A stretch of DNA of 60,635 nt, filler included, from Circinaria calcarea (taxonomy: Eukaryota): assembly GCA_051942165.1 (NCBI GenBank). It is 11 parts of 11 records of this genome, joined end to end, with 100 filler letters (N's around TTAATTAATTAA, not from the genome) between each part and the next. Parts side by side here need not be neighbours in the genome. Positions count along the whole stretch, not along the records: positions 33,173 to 38,588 come from JAVECS010001906.1; positions 38,689 to 44,103 come from JAVECS010001907.1; positions 44,204 to 49,617 come from JAVECS010001908.1; 8 more parts are not named here. One strand, given 5' to 3'. The position numbers and the translations under genes are program-made. Positions 35,824-49,717 of this stretch are shown here, one piece after another. The stretch's first letter is position 1. Each line of letters starts with the position of its first letter. Below the pieces are notes generated by a model. The model was not told the origin of the DNA. It did not search any database and was given only the letters and a program-made list of their open reading frames with translations.

Positions 35824-38688
35824 AGATGTGGAGCCACGGTTACAAACTAATTGTCCCGTATACGTCTGATTCTGTAGTGGCTAGCCACCTAATGAGGCTT
35901 ATGCAAAGGCGCGTTCCAATAGAAATCGATATTTGGCGTTGACGGCGTTCCCCAAAAAGGGGTTTTATGCCAAGGATCGGATTGATTGGAAGAGGTTCCT
36001 CTCACGCTTTACTAGGTAACTTTACCATTCACCCAAGGGGCACCGGGGGTGGAGGCAATTGTAGGATAGTTGGAGGCGGCTGCATAGTCTTTTCGAATGC
36101 AGTCTATTATGACAGGCAACCTCTTTAGATGGTGGTCATCCAGTTATCATCATGCTATACAGTCGCAGGTTTCTTAAATCACCAAAAAAATAAGTGTTGT
36201 TCAAAGTTCCCAGTCACATGTTCTGATATCTAGAGCCATCGACCCATGCATTCCTTAGCATTTTTCCAGCTCCCCTAATACCTACTTCACTGCATTATGG
36301 GCTACCGAAATTTTTCATCTTATCCCTCGCCCGTTCTTCAAACCCCCTACTTATGGACCTCGCAGCCCCCCTGGTTGCTCTTTTCTATTCTGGACACTCT
36401 GGACGGGTACTGCACCATGGGGCGTGAGTGTGGCTTTAGAACCAACTAGACCAACCAACCCGGCGCAGCTTAGCTTGGATCAAAGTACAGTACACAGCCA
36501 GAGGGAAATAGGGAGGGGGGACCATTTCATATGGCGGAGAGAGAGAAATTGGAAGAGAGGGGGCGCTGGATCTTATATCTTCGATCTTGTTTCGAAAAAA
36601 TCTACCAGTGTTTTTTTTGTTTTTTTGGCCTTATAATCTACGAATCTATTGTACCAGTAATAATGTGCTCGTTCGCTTGTTGATAGGTATAAGACATGTC
36701 ATAAAAACTAGTTATCTATGCACTTTCACTATTACGTTCGTAGACTAGGTGAGGAGGGGTCAAGTATTGATATTTGGGCATAGGCATATTAATAAGGGAT
36801 CGCCACCTGCCGATTTTCGTAGACAATGGAGGCCCCCCCCGGGAGGGTTCTGATAGGGGTTCGGCCCGTATACAGAAGGGATTCCTGACTAAATGGCCGT
36901 TACGGACACATTGAAGTGACTATATACATAGGGAGTGTGAGGGTGGGTAATGTAGTTTTGGCAGCGGCGAGCATCTGCGAAGAATAATAGCAATGCAGAA
37001 AGCAGAAAGAATTGGGGGGCCTCCGTCTGCTATTCATTCTTCTTATCCCGCTTTGGCGAAGCGGGGGGGTGAGTGTGCCGCTCCGTTTGCAACAGAACCA
37101 TTCCATATATTTACTATCCGCCCAAAAAAAAACTGCGGTAAATCGGGTAAAAAAGTCGGGCCCCAGACGGCTTATGTATCTGGGGGGAAAAGGAAGAAGA
37201 GGCAGCCTGATAAGGTAATCAATCGTCTGGAAAGTAAAAAGCGAAGCTGTTGCGCAAATCTACTCTCGCCCAACAGAAATCAATGGGGCCCTTTTTTTGC
37301 GGAAAGAACATCTTCTAGGGGGCTCCCCCTCCTGTTTGTATAAGAACTGCAAGGCCGGAGAGAATATGGATAAAAAGATGGCGTGCAGTTTGGGGGGGAT
37401 AAGATTTGTGTGTGCGCCAAGAGCCGAGAAGGTTTAGCCTCCTTTTGAATTGCCTAAAAAGTAAATGTGAGATAATTACTTTATAGATAGATGATGTTTG
37501 ATTTCTGTTTTGTTATGATATAATATGATATAGGGCACGGAGTACCTGAGACTTGTTGTAATAATATAAGTCGGGCCTCAAATCTGTCCTAAACTATGGG
37601 GGGCTGTGATATGATAAATATAGATACTCTGAGTTGCCCCTGCCACGTAATATTTTTGTCTCACCGGGTGATTTCCGTCGGGTAATTGCCCCATATCGGT
37701 AGGTAGACCATTCTGGGTAAATCCATCAGAGAAAATTCGAGAAGTTCCTGTTCGGTATTTCATCTGCGGGAGAGTTATTTAGCAAGGTTAAGTCGTAAGT
37801 AGGTCGACCGTACATGTACTCTGCCCAATTTGTTACTCTTGGAAAATCGACCATCGGGACACCGAGGCCGTCCTAGCGTGGTTTCATCTACTGCAGCATC
37901 ATACTTACCACTCCGTGCTACTAGTTTCATATGGGTGTATGGCTCGCATCCGGGCAGTTGAGAAGCCATCCATGGGGAGGAGCCGCCCGGCCAACCTGCC
38001 GTACCTTTAACGCTTTTTTCCCCCATCTCCAGGGGAACAGCGTTGCCATCTGTGATGTTCCCAATAATGCATCCTCCGTATTCAGTAGCCAAGGAAAGAT
38101 CAGCCGGAGGAGCCCCAGACCGCCCGCCATCCTCTTTTATCGCCTTGTCCTTTTTCCCAACCCATCGCTGCAAGGCCTGCCACGGCCAGCCGCGGGGATA
38201 ATCATGATGTGATCCATGATAGGGTGTCTCGTCGTCTGAGGGATCGCCGACGGGCTGGGAAAGGACGGTCTAAGCGACCGAGCTCTGCACTTGCTATCAT
38301 CATTGCGCGGCGTTGACGCATAAACGAGGCATTTGGGCCGATTGTTGCCAGGACAGGCCGGCGCCATCAGCTTTTAGCAGCCTTTTAGCCTCCAGATCCC
38401 AGCCATCTTTCACCAGCTTTGCGTGATTGCAGCCATGATGGACGGTCGAATGGAAAAACCTGATGGCGGAAATGGTTGGGGATTGGATGGTGTGGATCTC
38501 TTCCTGGGGACCGAGAGGCGTCGGCCTATTTTGAGCCCCACCCCCAGCCTGGTCTGAGCTCCCCGTTTATTCATAAACACCCTCCGCCNNNNNNNNNNNN
38601 NNNNNNNNNNNNNNNNNNNNNNNNNNNNNNNNTTAATTAATTAANNNNNNNNNNNNNNNNNNNNNNNNNNNNNNNNNNNNNNNNNNNN

Positions 38689-41600
38689 TCCCCCAACCAC
38701 TTCACCTCCCCACCTCTTCGCTTCACCCCCTCTGCCCACGCAAACAGCAACCTCAAACTCCACAGTCTTTCTGCGCGCCGGCTTTCCATACACTCCCGCT
38801 CCAACACCAATCTCTCATCCACAACCGTACTCCTCATTGCTCTCTGCAACGGCATTGCGCCGCGACTTTCTGGTGGCAGCACCAGTGCTCTTTCGGCCCG
38901 GTCCAGGTGCGCAAAAGACGGGAGGTCGAAGATCCAGTCCAAGGGTTGTTTGGATAGTTGATGCGTGGATTGGGCGTCGTTAAGAGCTTGCATTGTAGCG
39001 CTGAAGACGGAGTTGTGAGCATCGTAGGCAGCGCGACGGCGGACGTAGATGCTTTGGTGGCGTCTGAACGCCGGGAGATGGGCGGGGTTGTTGACGAAGT
39101 CTAGTGTGACGCGCCAGTACTCTGGATCGTTTGTGGTTACTCTGGCTACCGTGTCAAGGTCGGGTAGGAGGCAGGGAGCAGTCATTGCAATCTCCGCTCC
39201 AGACGAAAGCGAAACGAGAATGGGAACGGAGACGGGACGATGGGTATCTGCGTCACGAGCGACAAGACATCGCGCTTCTGCCGCTAATACCCAGAAATGG
39301 CGGAAGGCTTGTAAGTGGGATTTGTTGTCTAGGACTGTGGTCGGGAACAGAGGGTAGAAGGCACAAAGCAGGGAAGCAACTGCAAGGTTAGAGGTACCAA
39401 ATGTATAGGTTCCACCACCCAGGAACAGGACGCCAATGGCAAGGTGAGTGGCTAGTTGGCTGCCGTAGGGAGTGTCTGGATCTGTACGGCCGTGCAGAGA
39501 TCGCAAACGACGGAAGATGTAGAGGTCACCAGTGCCAACCATGACGCTGGCTGCCGCAAGAGCAATGACGTCTTGGCAGTTGCGTGAGGTGATTCGGGTA
39601 AGTTTGCCGTCGTAGTTGAGAGCTGGCAGTCGGCAGATTCGAATGAACTGATCGAGGTAGTAGACAAGAAGATTGCGGACATCTTGTCTAGCAGTGCCAG
39701 CATATCGAAGTCCAACACTCAAACAAAGACCTGCGACGATGTTGAATAATGGCAGATCATCGGTCGTCAGGGTTCGTACATTGGTCAGTTTCACTCGAGG
39801 CTGATAAACTCGGGGTAATTGCTTGCGCATCCATGTAGTGGTTGGTATTATATTGTCCCACATGATGAGGTGCCGAGCGACTGTTCGCAATAAGAATATA
39901 TCAGGTCGAACGTACTCAAACTGATGAGTAGTGTCAGGGATATCGACCTTTCGCGCTAACGCTTCATTCTGAGTCTTCATGAATATCAAAGCAATGGCAA
40001 TTGTGGCACCCGCCGTTGCTTTATCAAGGATGTGTACAATATCTACCCTTTTTGTTCCCACGGCAAGCGTGAGAAGCCTCTCGACAACACGCATGTCGTG
40101 TAATCCTTTCAAATTCTTCCCTTGCCCAAGATTTATGTAGCCAAGAGCGAAGCCAGCAGCCAGCCTATAGCCTTCGTCTCTCAAGTTTTCCATTGGGCTG
40201 GAGTTTTCATCTTGGTCCGTGTTCTCAATCTCGGAGATCAGAACTTCGCTCATTCGTCGATGTTGCGTATTGCAGTATAGCAGACCAAGGGCCATAATGC
40301 CAGTGGTCTGCGCCAAAGGGGAGAGGTTGAGCTCAGCCGCGCCTTGTGGAAGTAGGCGTATGACGTGTACCGCGAGCAGTTTCGTGACCAGCGTATCCAT
40401 AGTCCCGAGAAAAGATGCCGACAGACCTAAGAGTAATCCAATTGAGGTCATGGTATGCTTGGGCGACAAATACCTGTACGCCACCCATCTAGCGACAGAC
40501 GTGAGATGTCCATTCAGCCCGAGAGCCAACAGGAAGCCCGCATGTCGGTTACTGAGCTCTGGTGGCTTGTTGAAAAGAATCCATGACGTATCAATGCCAT
40601 TTGCATTTCTTGATATACTCAGCCCGGCTTCAACCCCCGCATGGAAGAAGGCCCAAGACACTTTCTCCTCTGTGTATACGTTCCTGTCGGCTGTGACGGT
40701 CGTATTGGCGGGCTTCATAACGCAGCTGAGAGTGAACCCATGGATTGGGACCTTTTCGGTAAGTAAAGGCAAACGTGCACTATAAAATAGCATAGCCCGG
40801 CCTGGCGAAACCGAAAGAGTCCGGACGGCAATGATCTTGACCAGCTCTTGTTGCGCCTCAAGGAGGTCAGTGTCTGTCCAGTCTGGCTCGGGCACACATC
40901 GTGCAACGGAAGGCTTTAGAGGATGCACAAGCTGCGCAGCCTCAGTAAATCTCTGATCCTCTTTAAAAATCAATCGTGTAATAGATTGCCTATCGAGCTC
41001 AGCTGACCCGTCATATGCACCAACAGTCTCCGGCTCGAGTGTCGAATTACAAATAACGTGCATGTCTCTGTGCGCCTCATGTGAGGATAATCCTGATGAC
41101 TTTATTGATGGTCGAATACGATCAGGCCGTTCTAGCATACTTATATCGTCCCGGCCAATCATAGCCAAGACTGGCACTGTCCATGTACTTACTGGGTTTG
41201 CCTGACAGGCAAGGATCGCTCCTTGGAATACAGCAGCAATACCCTCTGGAAGTGACTCCAACATTGTAATGTTCATCCCGCAGCTTACCATGTCGTTCAT
41301 TCCGATCGTCGAGTTTTCAGATTGTGCTTTCAGTAGCTCCATCACTGTCACTGTCCTAGGAGTTAGATTCTTCAAAGAACGTGAAGCCCACAACGTGGCC
41401 TGGGTTTGCAACAAAGCGGATTCTGTAGTAATGTCGAGGAGGTTGATAAACTTTTCAGGTCTAGACCCTAAGCTGACATTCTCCAGGTAATTGAAAATTG
41501 ACGGAGGGTCGATGAGTTGCCTGGTTGTCCAATGATGAGATATCAGAGAGTCATCAAAAATCCAATGCTCCATGTCTGATCCGTCGAGTATGTAGTACGA

Positions 41601-44103
41601 GGTCTCTCTCCAGCTCCAAGTTTCCCAGTTAAGCCACCCTCCAAGCTGAGCTAATATAGGCGTGAGCATGTGTAGGGCTTTCGACGCCAGGACATCTAGC
41701 TTCAACTCTTCCCTGAAGAGATGTAACGCAACCAGAATCGTGGGTAACGCTGTTCGCCTAGTGTCCGAGTCTTTGGAAAGAGCTGTCGGTAGATAGCCCA
41801 TTGGTCCAAGTGCGGTTTGTCCAGCTGGTGATTTGATAAATTCCCGAGCAAGGCTCATACACTCCAAAAGAAACGGACTTTTCCTGTACATTGCATTTAG
41901 TCCTTGCGTTGCTGATAGTGGAGATCTCGATTGTCGAGAAGAGCCTGCTTGGAATGCCAGTGCGGATGGACTAACAGCCTCCTCTTCTAATGCCCACCTC
42001 CAAGATGTACTTTGTAACCACACTGGCGATGAGCCGCAGGCATTCCCTTCCCTTTGTAACATGCTATCCCAGCTTGTTTCGTCGATGTTGGAACCAGTGC
42101 TGGATCTTTCAAAGCCTGCCTTACGCTTCTTTTGTCTCAGTATATGTTGCGTTTGACGGTCATCAATAAAGCCAACAACCAGGGAGAAAATGACAACCAC
42201 AAAGGCGGTCCATTCAACGTTTGCAACTGGCTCTGGCCGGTCGCTTAACCAGGATACAATCTCCCACCACACTCTTAGAATAGATTCCCGTTCGGGGTTC
42301 TCCTGCGGTAGAACCAGTTGACAGACGTCGATGAGTTTCGTTACAAGACTATCGTGAGGCGACACCTGCAATTCAAGGCGATGCCTAGTGCCTTGTTGGT
42401 CCACAATATCGAATTGGTCACCACCAGTACATGGTTTAAGAGCAGTCAGGGCTTGAGGGCCTTGGCTGAGCACCCTCTTGAAACCACCTTCATGCCTACG
42501 GCCAGGAGACATGCCATGATTGATTTGATACGGGTTGTATATGGAGAAGGTATTAGGCAGTCGCACCTTCGTGGAATAGTTGCTCCAAGGCGCTTGGAGT
42601 GTTAGCTCTCCAAAGCCATCACTGCTTTGACCAAGTACCAGAATCCGGGTGTGAAGACCATTAGAAACTTTGCAAGCATCAATGATCTTATCCCCTAACC
42701 TGATGTTCGTTACTCCCGCAATATGTTGTTGGGACGTTTCCTTCCACGCGTTTCCACGATTGTCATCTCTTCCATGGATTGCAGGACTTAAGACATGGAT
42801 TTGCAAAACAGTAAGGCGTCCAAGCTCGTGGTCAACCAGGCACATGATCACCTCTGCTGGTGCTCCGTCATGTTCGAGCACTGGTGGTTGAAGAGTGAAG
42901 ACCTTTGGTGGATATTTCAGCTGTTCTAAGACTCTTGTAAAACTGGCATAACCTCGATCAATACTTATGCCCTCTATTTTTTTCAGACACATCGCCTTGC
43001 GCAAACCAGGTACAAGTTCATCTGATCCTGAATTGTCGAATGCTGTGGAGTCCTCATCACTATCCTCGTTCTCGAGTAGGTTTCTATCAGGAAGATCATC
43101 TGAAAAGCCAGAGCCACCAACTGAGTGTGCCATGCCTACGGATCTTCTTGGGGCCAGTTTCACTCCTGGACTGTTTCCAATACTTGATCTGGAACCATAG
43201 TTTGGAAGCGACGGCCCTCTTCGAGCCCTGACGGCAGCAGGTTGTGCACTAGTAAAGTCGTTGAACGCGTTTCTGTCGCGACTTGAAGCAAGACCAGATC
43301 GAGCAAGCAAGGAGCTGACCCGCCGTGATGAATTGGCCGGCGCCACTGGAGGTTCGGAAGCAGGATCTAACTGTGCTGCTAAGTCGACGTCATTCCGTAC
43401 AATGGTTTGTTCAGGTACGGCTTCTTTTGTTCCACCAAAGCTTTCCCTAGGACCCAAGGATGCTCGGGTGGCGGATGGCTTGGCCCCAACTACGGCGCCA
43501 GGTTTATAAGAACTACGGCGCCTTGACGGATCCCTGCGTGCGTGAAAGGTGTTTTCACCTTTTGGAGAGCTTAAAGCTTCTGTGGTGTTGTAGGCCACTG
43601 TCCAGAGGTTATACTTACCCGTCTCATAATTTGATGTCAAAGCAAGTAAGAGAGGCGGAGTACGATGACCGTTAGATAGAGGGTGCCTTAGTTCGTCAGC
43701 TGTAGAGACGTATAGGATGGTTTCAGCAATGTCAAGGTGATAAGGACGCTTAAACCGTACAGTGCCTCTAGGCTCTGCATCAAAGCCTTCGACAATGGCA
43801 CCCAACTCGGTCAACGGATCCAGGAGACAAAATGTCCTTGGTGAGCCGATACCGTTCGTACTCTTGGGTGGGACTCGAACACTTTTAAGAAGAGCCGAAA
43901 ACAGGGCAGGCTCACCCTTGGCCCTTTGAGTAGGAGAGTTATTGTTCGATGTTTGGAAGCTGGGTACAGTCCATGAGGCACCTGGGTTGGAGAAGGCGAA
44001 TGAATTGGCTGGTACAGATGGTAGCTGCGGAGTGGGTTGCACCATAGTTCTCTCCGGGATCTTACGCTGTAGGAGCACTCCATAGGGTAAAGAAAAGATC
44101 CCA
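38689..44103 (-). CDS. APC1: Anaphase-promoting complex subunit 1 (BimE/Apc1), truncated at both ends
   Basis: ~1800-aa uninterrupted frame: WAFFHAGVEAGL, SWILFNKP, HAGFLLALGLNGHL, HTMTSIGLLLGLSASFLGTMD, EGYRLAAGFALGYINLG (PC repeats), HLAIGVLFLGGG, DNKSHLQAFRHFWVLAAE. Confidence 0.96.
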
Positions 44104-44207
44104 NNNNNNNNNNNNNNNNNNNNNNNNNNNNNNNNNNNNNNNNNNNNTTAATTAATTAANNNNNNNNNNNNNNNNNNNNNNNNNNNNNNNNNNNNNNNNN
44201 NNNCAAG

Positions 44208-45635
44208 ATGGGTTGTGGCATGAGCACCCAGGAGAAGGAGGGGAAACAGAGAAATGAAGAAATCGAGAATCAGCTCAAACGTGATAAAATGCAGCAACGG
44301 AACGAGATAAAAATGTTGCTTCTAGGTGCGCCAACCTCCTACGCGCAGGCATCTCAACCATCACTGTCAAAACTAACATCAGACCAGGCGCCGGAGAGTC
44401 TGGCAAATCAACTATCCTCAAACAGATGAAGCTCATCCACGAGGGAAGCTACTCGCGGGATGAACGTGAATCGTTCAAAGAGATCATCTACAGCAACACC
44501 GTACAATCGATGCGTGTCATTCTCGAAGCCATGGAATCCCTTGAGCTACCTCTCGACAATCAACGAACCGAATACCACGTCCAAACTATATTCATGCAGC
44601 CTCCCCAGATCGAAGGCGAGAGTCTACCACCGGAGGTCGGAAATGCCATCGATGAACTGTGGAAGGATGCTGGCGTACAAGAATGCTTCAAGAGATCGAG
44701 AGAATACCAGCTCAACGATTCGGCGAGATAGTAAGTTGCCTGCCCTGTACCCATTTGCCTAGAGCACTTTCGGCCTGTGCGCATCCTATGTACAAATGCT
44801 ATGCGCGTTCTGTAATGCACTGCCAGATACGTGTATCGCGCAACGTTCAACCCTTTCATTGTGTTATTTATTCTAATTTGCATTGCTTCGCACGAGCTTA
44901 CTACTTTCCATTTAGTTACTTTGACTCTATTGGAAGAATCGCTCAACCCGATTACCTACCAAATGATCAAGATGTCCTACGATCACGTGTCAAGACCACT
45001 GGCATTACGGAGACGACCGTCATCATCGACGAGCTTACATATCGGATGTTCGATGTTGGTGGCCAACGGTCTGAACGGAAGAAATGGATCCACTGCTTTG
45101 AGAATGTCACAACAATCCTATTTCTTGTTGCCATCTCGGAGTATGACCAACTTCTATTCGAGGACGAGACGGTAAACCGAATGCAAGAGGCTCTTACGCT
45201 ATTCGACTCCATTTGCAATTCGCGGTGGTTCGTCAAGACCTCAATCATCCTGTTCTTGAACAAGATCGATAGATTCAAAGAGAAGCTTCCGGTCAGCCCG
45301 ATGAAGAACTACTTCCCAGATTATGAAGGCAAGCTCAACCAAAATGGATCCAACGGCAGGGAGCACCATAAGTCTAATATTGCTGAAGGTGGACCCGACT
45401 ATGCTGCGGCCTGCGACTATATCCTCAATCGTTTTGTTTCGTTGAACCAGCACGAAACCAAGCAAATCTACACCCACTTTACCTGCGCTACCGATACCAC
45501 GCAGATACGGTTCGTCATGGCGGCGGTTAACGGTTAGTGCCACACTCCTTCGTTCCTGCTGTTATCGTGCTAACAATGGGTGCCCCCTCAGACATCATCA
45601 TCCAAGAGAATCTCCGAGGTTGCGGTCTGTTATAA
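44208..45635 (+). CDS. fadA: Heterotrimeric G-protein alpha subunit, fungal class I (FadA/GNA-1 type)
   Basis: MGCGMS lipidation motif, [43 protein letters not shown], ends [14 protein letters not shown]. Introns 44326-44387, 44731-44915, 45329-45388 (GC-AG), 45533-45591. Confidence 0.96.
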
Positions 45636-46511
45636 TCTTGGTACATCGATTATTCGTCCAACTAGCTGAACTCTTTGGAGGTTTCTTGTAATATCCGCAT
45701 GTCTTTTCGAGGTTCGTTTCCGAACCATTCCGCGTCCCGGCGTTTAGGTACGCAGTGTCGCAGTACCTGGAGGATACCACTTGTCACACCCGCGTACGGC
45801 TTCTTCATAGCTGTACGTGATACCTCTGTGGGACGATACATTCTCAACCTAGCAAACTTCCTGGGATACCAAATGATGTGTTTGTGGGAAAATTTTCACC
45901 TAGTCCGGCAGATATGACGGAGATGTTGAGGATCATTTCTTTACGGTGATACCCTTTGTTAGGGATGTGGGCCTTTGTAAAGTCTTCCTTCTATCTGCTG
46001 ATCTCCCTTGTGTTGGTCCTAGAATGCGAGCAATGTGCAAAGTGTAGCGCTGCCATCTGGCGAGATCTTGATGTTTTGATGGAACAGCTAGTCTGATTTG
46101 TATGTACGAGGGACCTAAGAAACATTTCATCTCCTTTTCGGCCCCAATCTATGAGTTGAGCTTCTAAAACCATTTCAGATGTGTAGTTGGCGGATTCGTG
46201 TACTGGAATTTCCCCATGATTTTCTTTTGGTTTCGTTTCAAATCTCTGCGTTGGATTTGTCTTCTGTCCAGATGAATATGCGAAGGACCGGCAAAGACTG
46301 CATGCAAACAGGAAATTTGGTATACATTGCGAAACAAGTACTACCTATCTAAGAAACCGTTCAATGTGCGTAATCCTTACGCATCATGCTACTCCCCCGG
46401 TATACTACGCAAACTCCGGTGTCATGCAACGTAATTTATAGCGCAGCGTATTCGTCTCCCGAAGCAAACATCCAAATGCACCTTTCCTTCCCCGTATCCC
46501 CATCCTGGTCC

Positions 46512-47427
46512 CTAGAACCGCAACTTCGGCCCCACAAACACCAACCCCAGCGCCAAGACCCAAAGCCCACCGATCCACGCATACAGCATCATCCGACCCC
46601 ACCAGCCCTGTCCCTCGCTCATTTTCCGCAAGAGACCCATGCGCTTCTCCGCTGCGGCCATGCCGTCGCTGTTCTTGTCGAGGGCTTCGGCCGTCTGCGC
46701 GAGGAGGGGTTTCTCTGCTTCGAGGGCGGCGTGGAAGGAAAGGGTGGAGGCTTTGAGGGCGGACGTGAGGGTGAGGAGGGAGGTGGTTAGTTGGGCTTGG
46801 GTGGTGGAGGAGGAGGTGAGGAGGGTGGCGGTTGTGTTGGCATTGGGGTTGGAAGTTGACGTAGAAGAGGGGGAGGAGGGGGCCCGCAGGCGGTTTCGAA
46901 GGGTGGAAGGTTCTGGTAGGGTGTCGGGAGCATTGGTGAGTGGGGCTTGGTAGGCTTCTTCGTCGGGAGAAGGGCCCAGGGGGCCTGCATATTCGCCTAA
47001 TATATCTTCGCCTGCTGAGGTATCTGAATCATGGTCTTGCTGGCCGAGCTCGGATAGCCGGTCGTTGAGGCGTTTGAGCAGTTTTCGCTGGGAGAGGAGC
47101 TCGTTTGTGGCGGCTTGCTTGCGGGATTGGATTTTGATACTGGCAGTGGCATGTTCGCGGCGGAGTAGGAGGGTGCGGGCGTATTCGAGGTTCTAGGGTG
47201 TGAAAAGTTCCGTTAGGTGAGTGAGCTTCGGTAGTCCGTGGTTGAGAGAGAGCAGAGGAGAGGGAGACGCGTACCGCAGCGGTTTTGGCGCGTTCGAAGC
47301 TCGAGTGGAGGAGACGGGGGTTCGGGGTGGGCGAGAGGATTTTCTGCTCTAAGCGTGAAAGGGCGCGGCTGAGATTGATAGCGTCGATGTCTGGGGATGA
47401 TGTGTCTTGTGGTGGGGAGCGTGCCAT
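46512..47427 (-). CDS. USE1: ER SNARE USE1-like (synaptobrevin-type) protein
   Basis: INLSRALSRLEQKIL... Intron 47193-47274 joins to NLEYARTLLLR...; SNARE region QAQLTTSLLTLTSALKAST...EALDKNSDGMAAAEKRMGLL; C-terminal TM WWGRMMLYAWIGGLWVLALGLVFVGPKLRF*. Confidence 0.85.
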
Positions 47428-49717
47428 GGTTGGCTTTGCTGGCTTTGCTCGGTTTGACGATTAATCAGTACTTACTTGTCTACAAGGCTGCAAAGACGCT
47501 AAAGGAAAGCTCGGAGACTTTTGGATTTTCACCTTTGAGCTTTTCCCTCGAACCAACCGTCGCTTTCGTCCACATTGACAACTCACTCTTACATGTGGCT
47601 TCTGGATAAGCTTTACACACACACACAGCCATTTTCTATAAGTTTTGGAATGTGGTCTTAGACTATGCTGAAAAATTGAGGATGGATCTGACTGTTATTC
47701 CTCACACACTTCTGTATGACTCTATCGATGCTGCGCTGCTCCAGATGGATTATCGCTCTTTTTGTATTCGTACAAGCTTCAGCTATTGATATGCCTGCTG
47801 CTTCGTTTTGTGTTTCCAGTTATGTGCAGACGGATTTGCTCCATGTACATTCAGTTTTTACAATGCCGCAGCTCCCCCATTCATATATTCCAACCAATAT
47901 CTACAAAGTAGAGCGAGCCGTCTCAGCCCTGATAGAACGGGAGTGGTATTTGGGTAGATATGCTGTCTCGTTTTAGGCAATGCCAACGCCTCAAGACAGC
48001 CATCAGGTACATATCAAATGTGTCAAGTGGCGCGGCTCTTGGGAACACGTGGTCCCTACGGAGCACGCTCAATCGTCATGAGCAATAACGAGGTGGCTGG
48101 AAAGGAACGAGACCGCCTTGGGATGGAAGCTTGTCGGCGGCGAAGAAAGCCTTCCTCACTGGACAACGTCTAACATGGGTTTACAAGCAGACTCTCTTCT
48201 AATAATTCTAGTGCCAATCACAAAAACGCCAAGATCCGAATTCTTGAATAGCCGTTGACGGGAACCCTACCTTGCTGGTGAGTGGCATCCTGTCCAATCG
48301 TTCTTCCACACCCCATAAAGTCCCCTGCCGGATGTCTGCTTTCAGCTACACTTCTATGATGACTCCAATACAATGCATAGTTCAACTGATGGTCCCCTGG
48401 ACCAGATGAACGAAGCAAACAGCACGTCTTTCGCTCCTATCTGAGAAACTGTAGCGTTTGAGACATCAAGCAGATTACCTCCTTCTTTTGCTTGAACAGC
48501 ATTCTAACCTACTTGTGTGTTCAATGTCTAGGTAACCCAACACGCACGGTGATTGTAATCATCTCCCTGTTCTGCATGGATGTAGACAGGAAAGCTTAAT
48601 GCTGCTGTAGGGGCTGACCGCGCATCCACGTCGAGCCTTCTAGCCGAAGACCATGTTGGTAGGATATGCTGGCGCGACCATAGCGTGTGGCAAGGCCGTC
48701 GTAGTATACCAGTCCTACTCCTACTTAGGTAAGGTAGGTTGACTGCATGTTCAGAAAGAAATAAGTAAGAAGGCCTTGCAAGACGGCGTCGAGACCAGTC
48801 CAAATTGGACGCCTTGTCAGTCGCACACAAAGTATCCGCATCTGCTTCGTAGCAATAATTACGCAAACCATGAAAATCTGACCTCTGCCAACTTCTCTGC
48901 ATGGGTGCGCTTCACAATGGCGCTACAGGTTGGTTCTATGCATGTTACTGCATACTACTCCAGCTTGATTTCTGCAGCACACAAGATTTTGCTTCATCGA
49001 GCTCTTGAAACATTTGATTAATTTGGTCTCGTCCGTTTTGCAACTGAGGAGGGCGGACATGATCGCGCAATCTGGTTTACACCTCAATTTCCCTCGCTTT
49101 TCCCTCGATTCCTTCTGGACTTGGGAATAATAGACAGGCTGTCGGTCGCAATGCTATTTTCGTCACAGATGCAGTCACAATAGTTATCGACGACTTTCCG
49201 CCCCCCATGCACGGGATATCACCAAGAGCGGGGCACGCATTGTTGGTAGTGGCCAATAGATGTACTGCCGGTTCGCTGAAGTAGCAAGCCGGTCGCAAAT
49301 GAAAACCCTTCCTGCCAACGATTGGTTCAGCACGAAGGGAAACTTATCTCATGCAGCGTGACAGTTACTAGAGTAACTACAGTATTCACGCACCGACTCG
49401 AAGTTTGTCTCACAGGCCTACCAACAGTATAGGCTGACAGCTGCCGGCGGAGTCTGGGTGCACTCATCCGACGCCTATCCATGCAGACTGTCACACCCAT
49501 ACACGGACACGTCAGCGTCCTCCATACCCCAAAGGAGCCAAACAGTGTGAAAGGAGGTGCCAACCCACAGGCAGAGCGGCAGCGATAGGGTTCTCCATCG
49601 AATCAGATTCCACCAAGNNNNNNNNNNNNNNNNNNNNNNNNNNNNNNNNNNNNNNNNNNNNTTAATTAATTAANNNNNNNNNNNNNNNNNNNNNNNNNNN
49701 NNNNNNNNNNNNNNNNN

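Noticed and set aside
39049..43675. Plus-strand ORFs within APC1
   Set aside because: Antisense shadow frames with no independent motifs.
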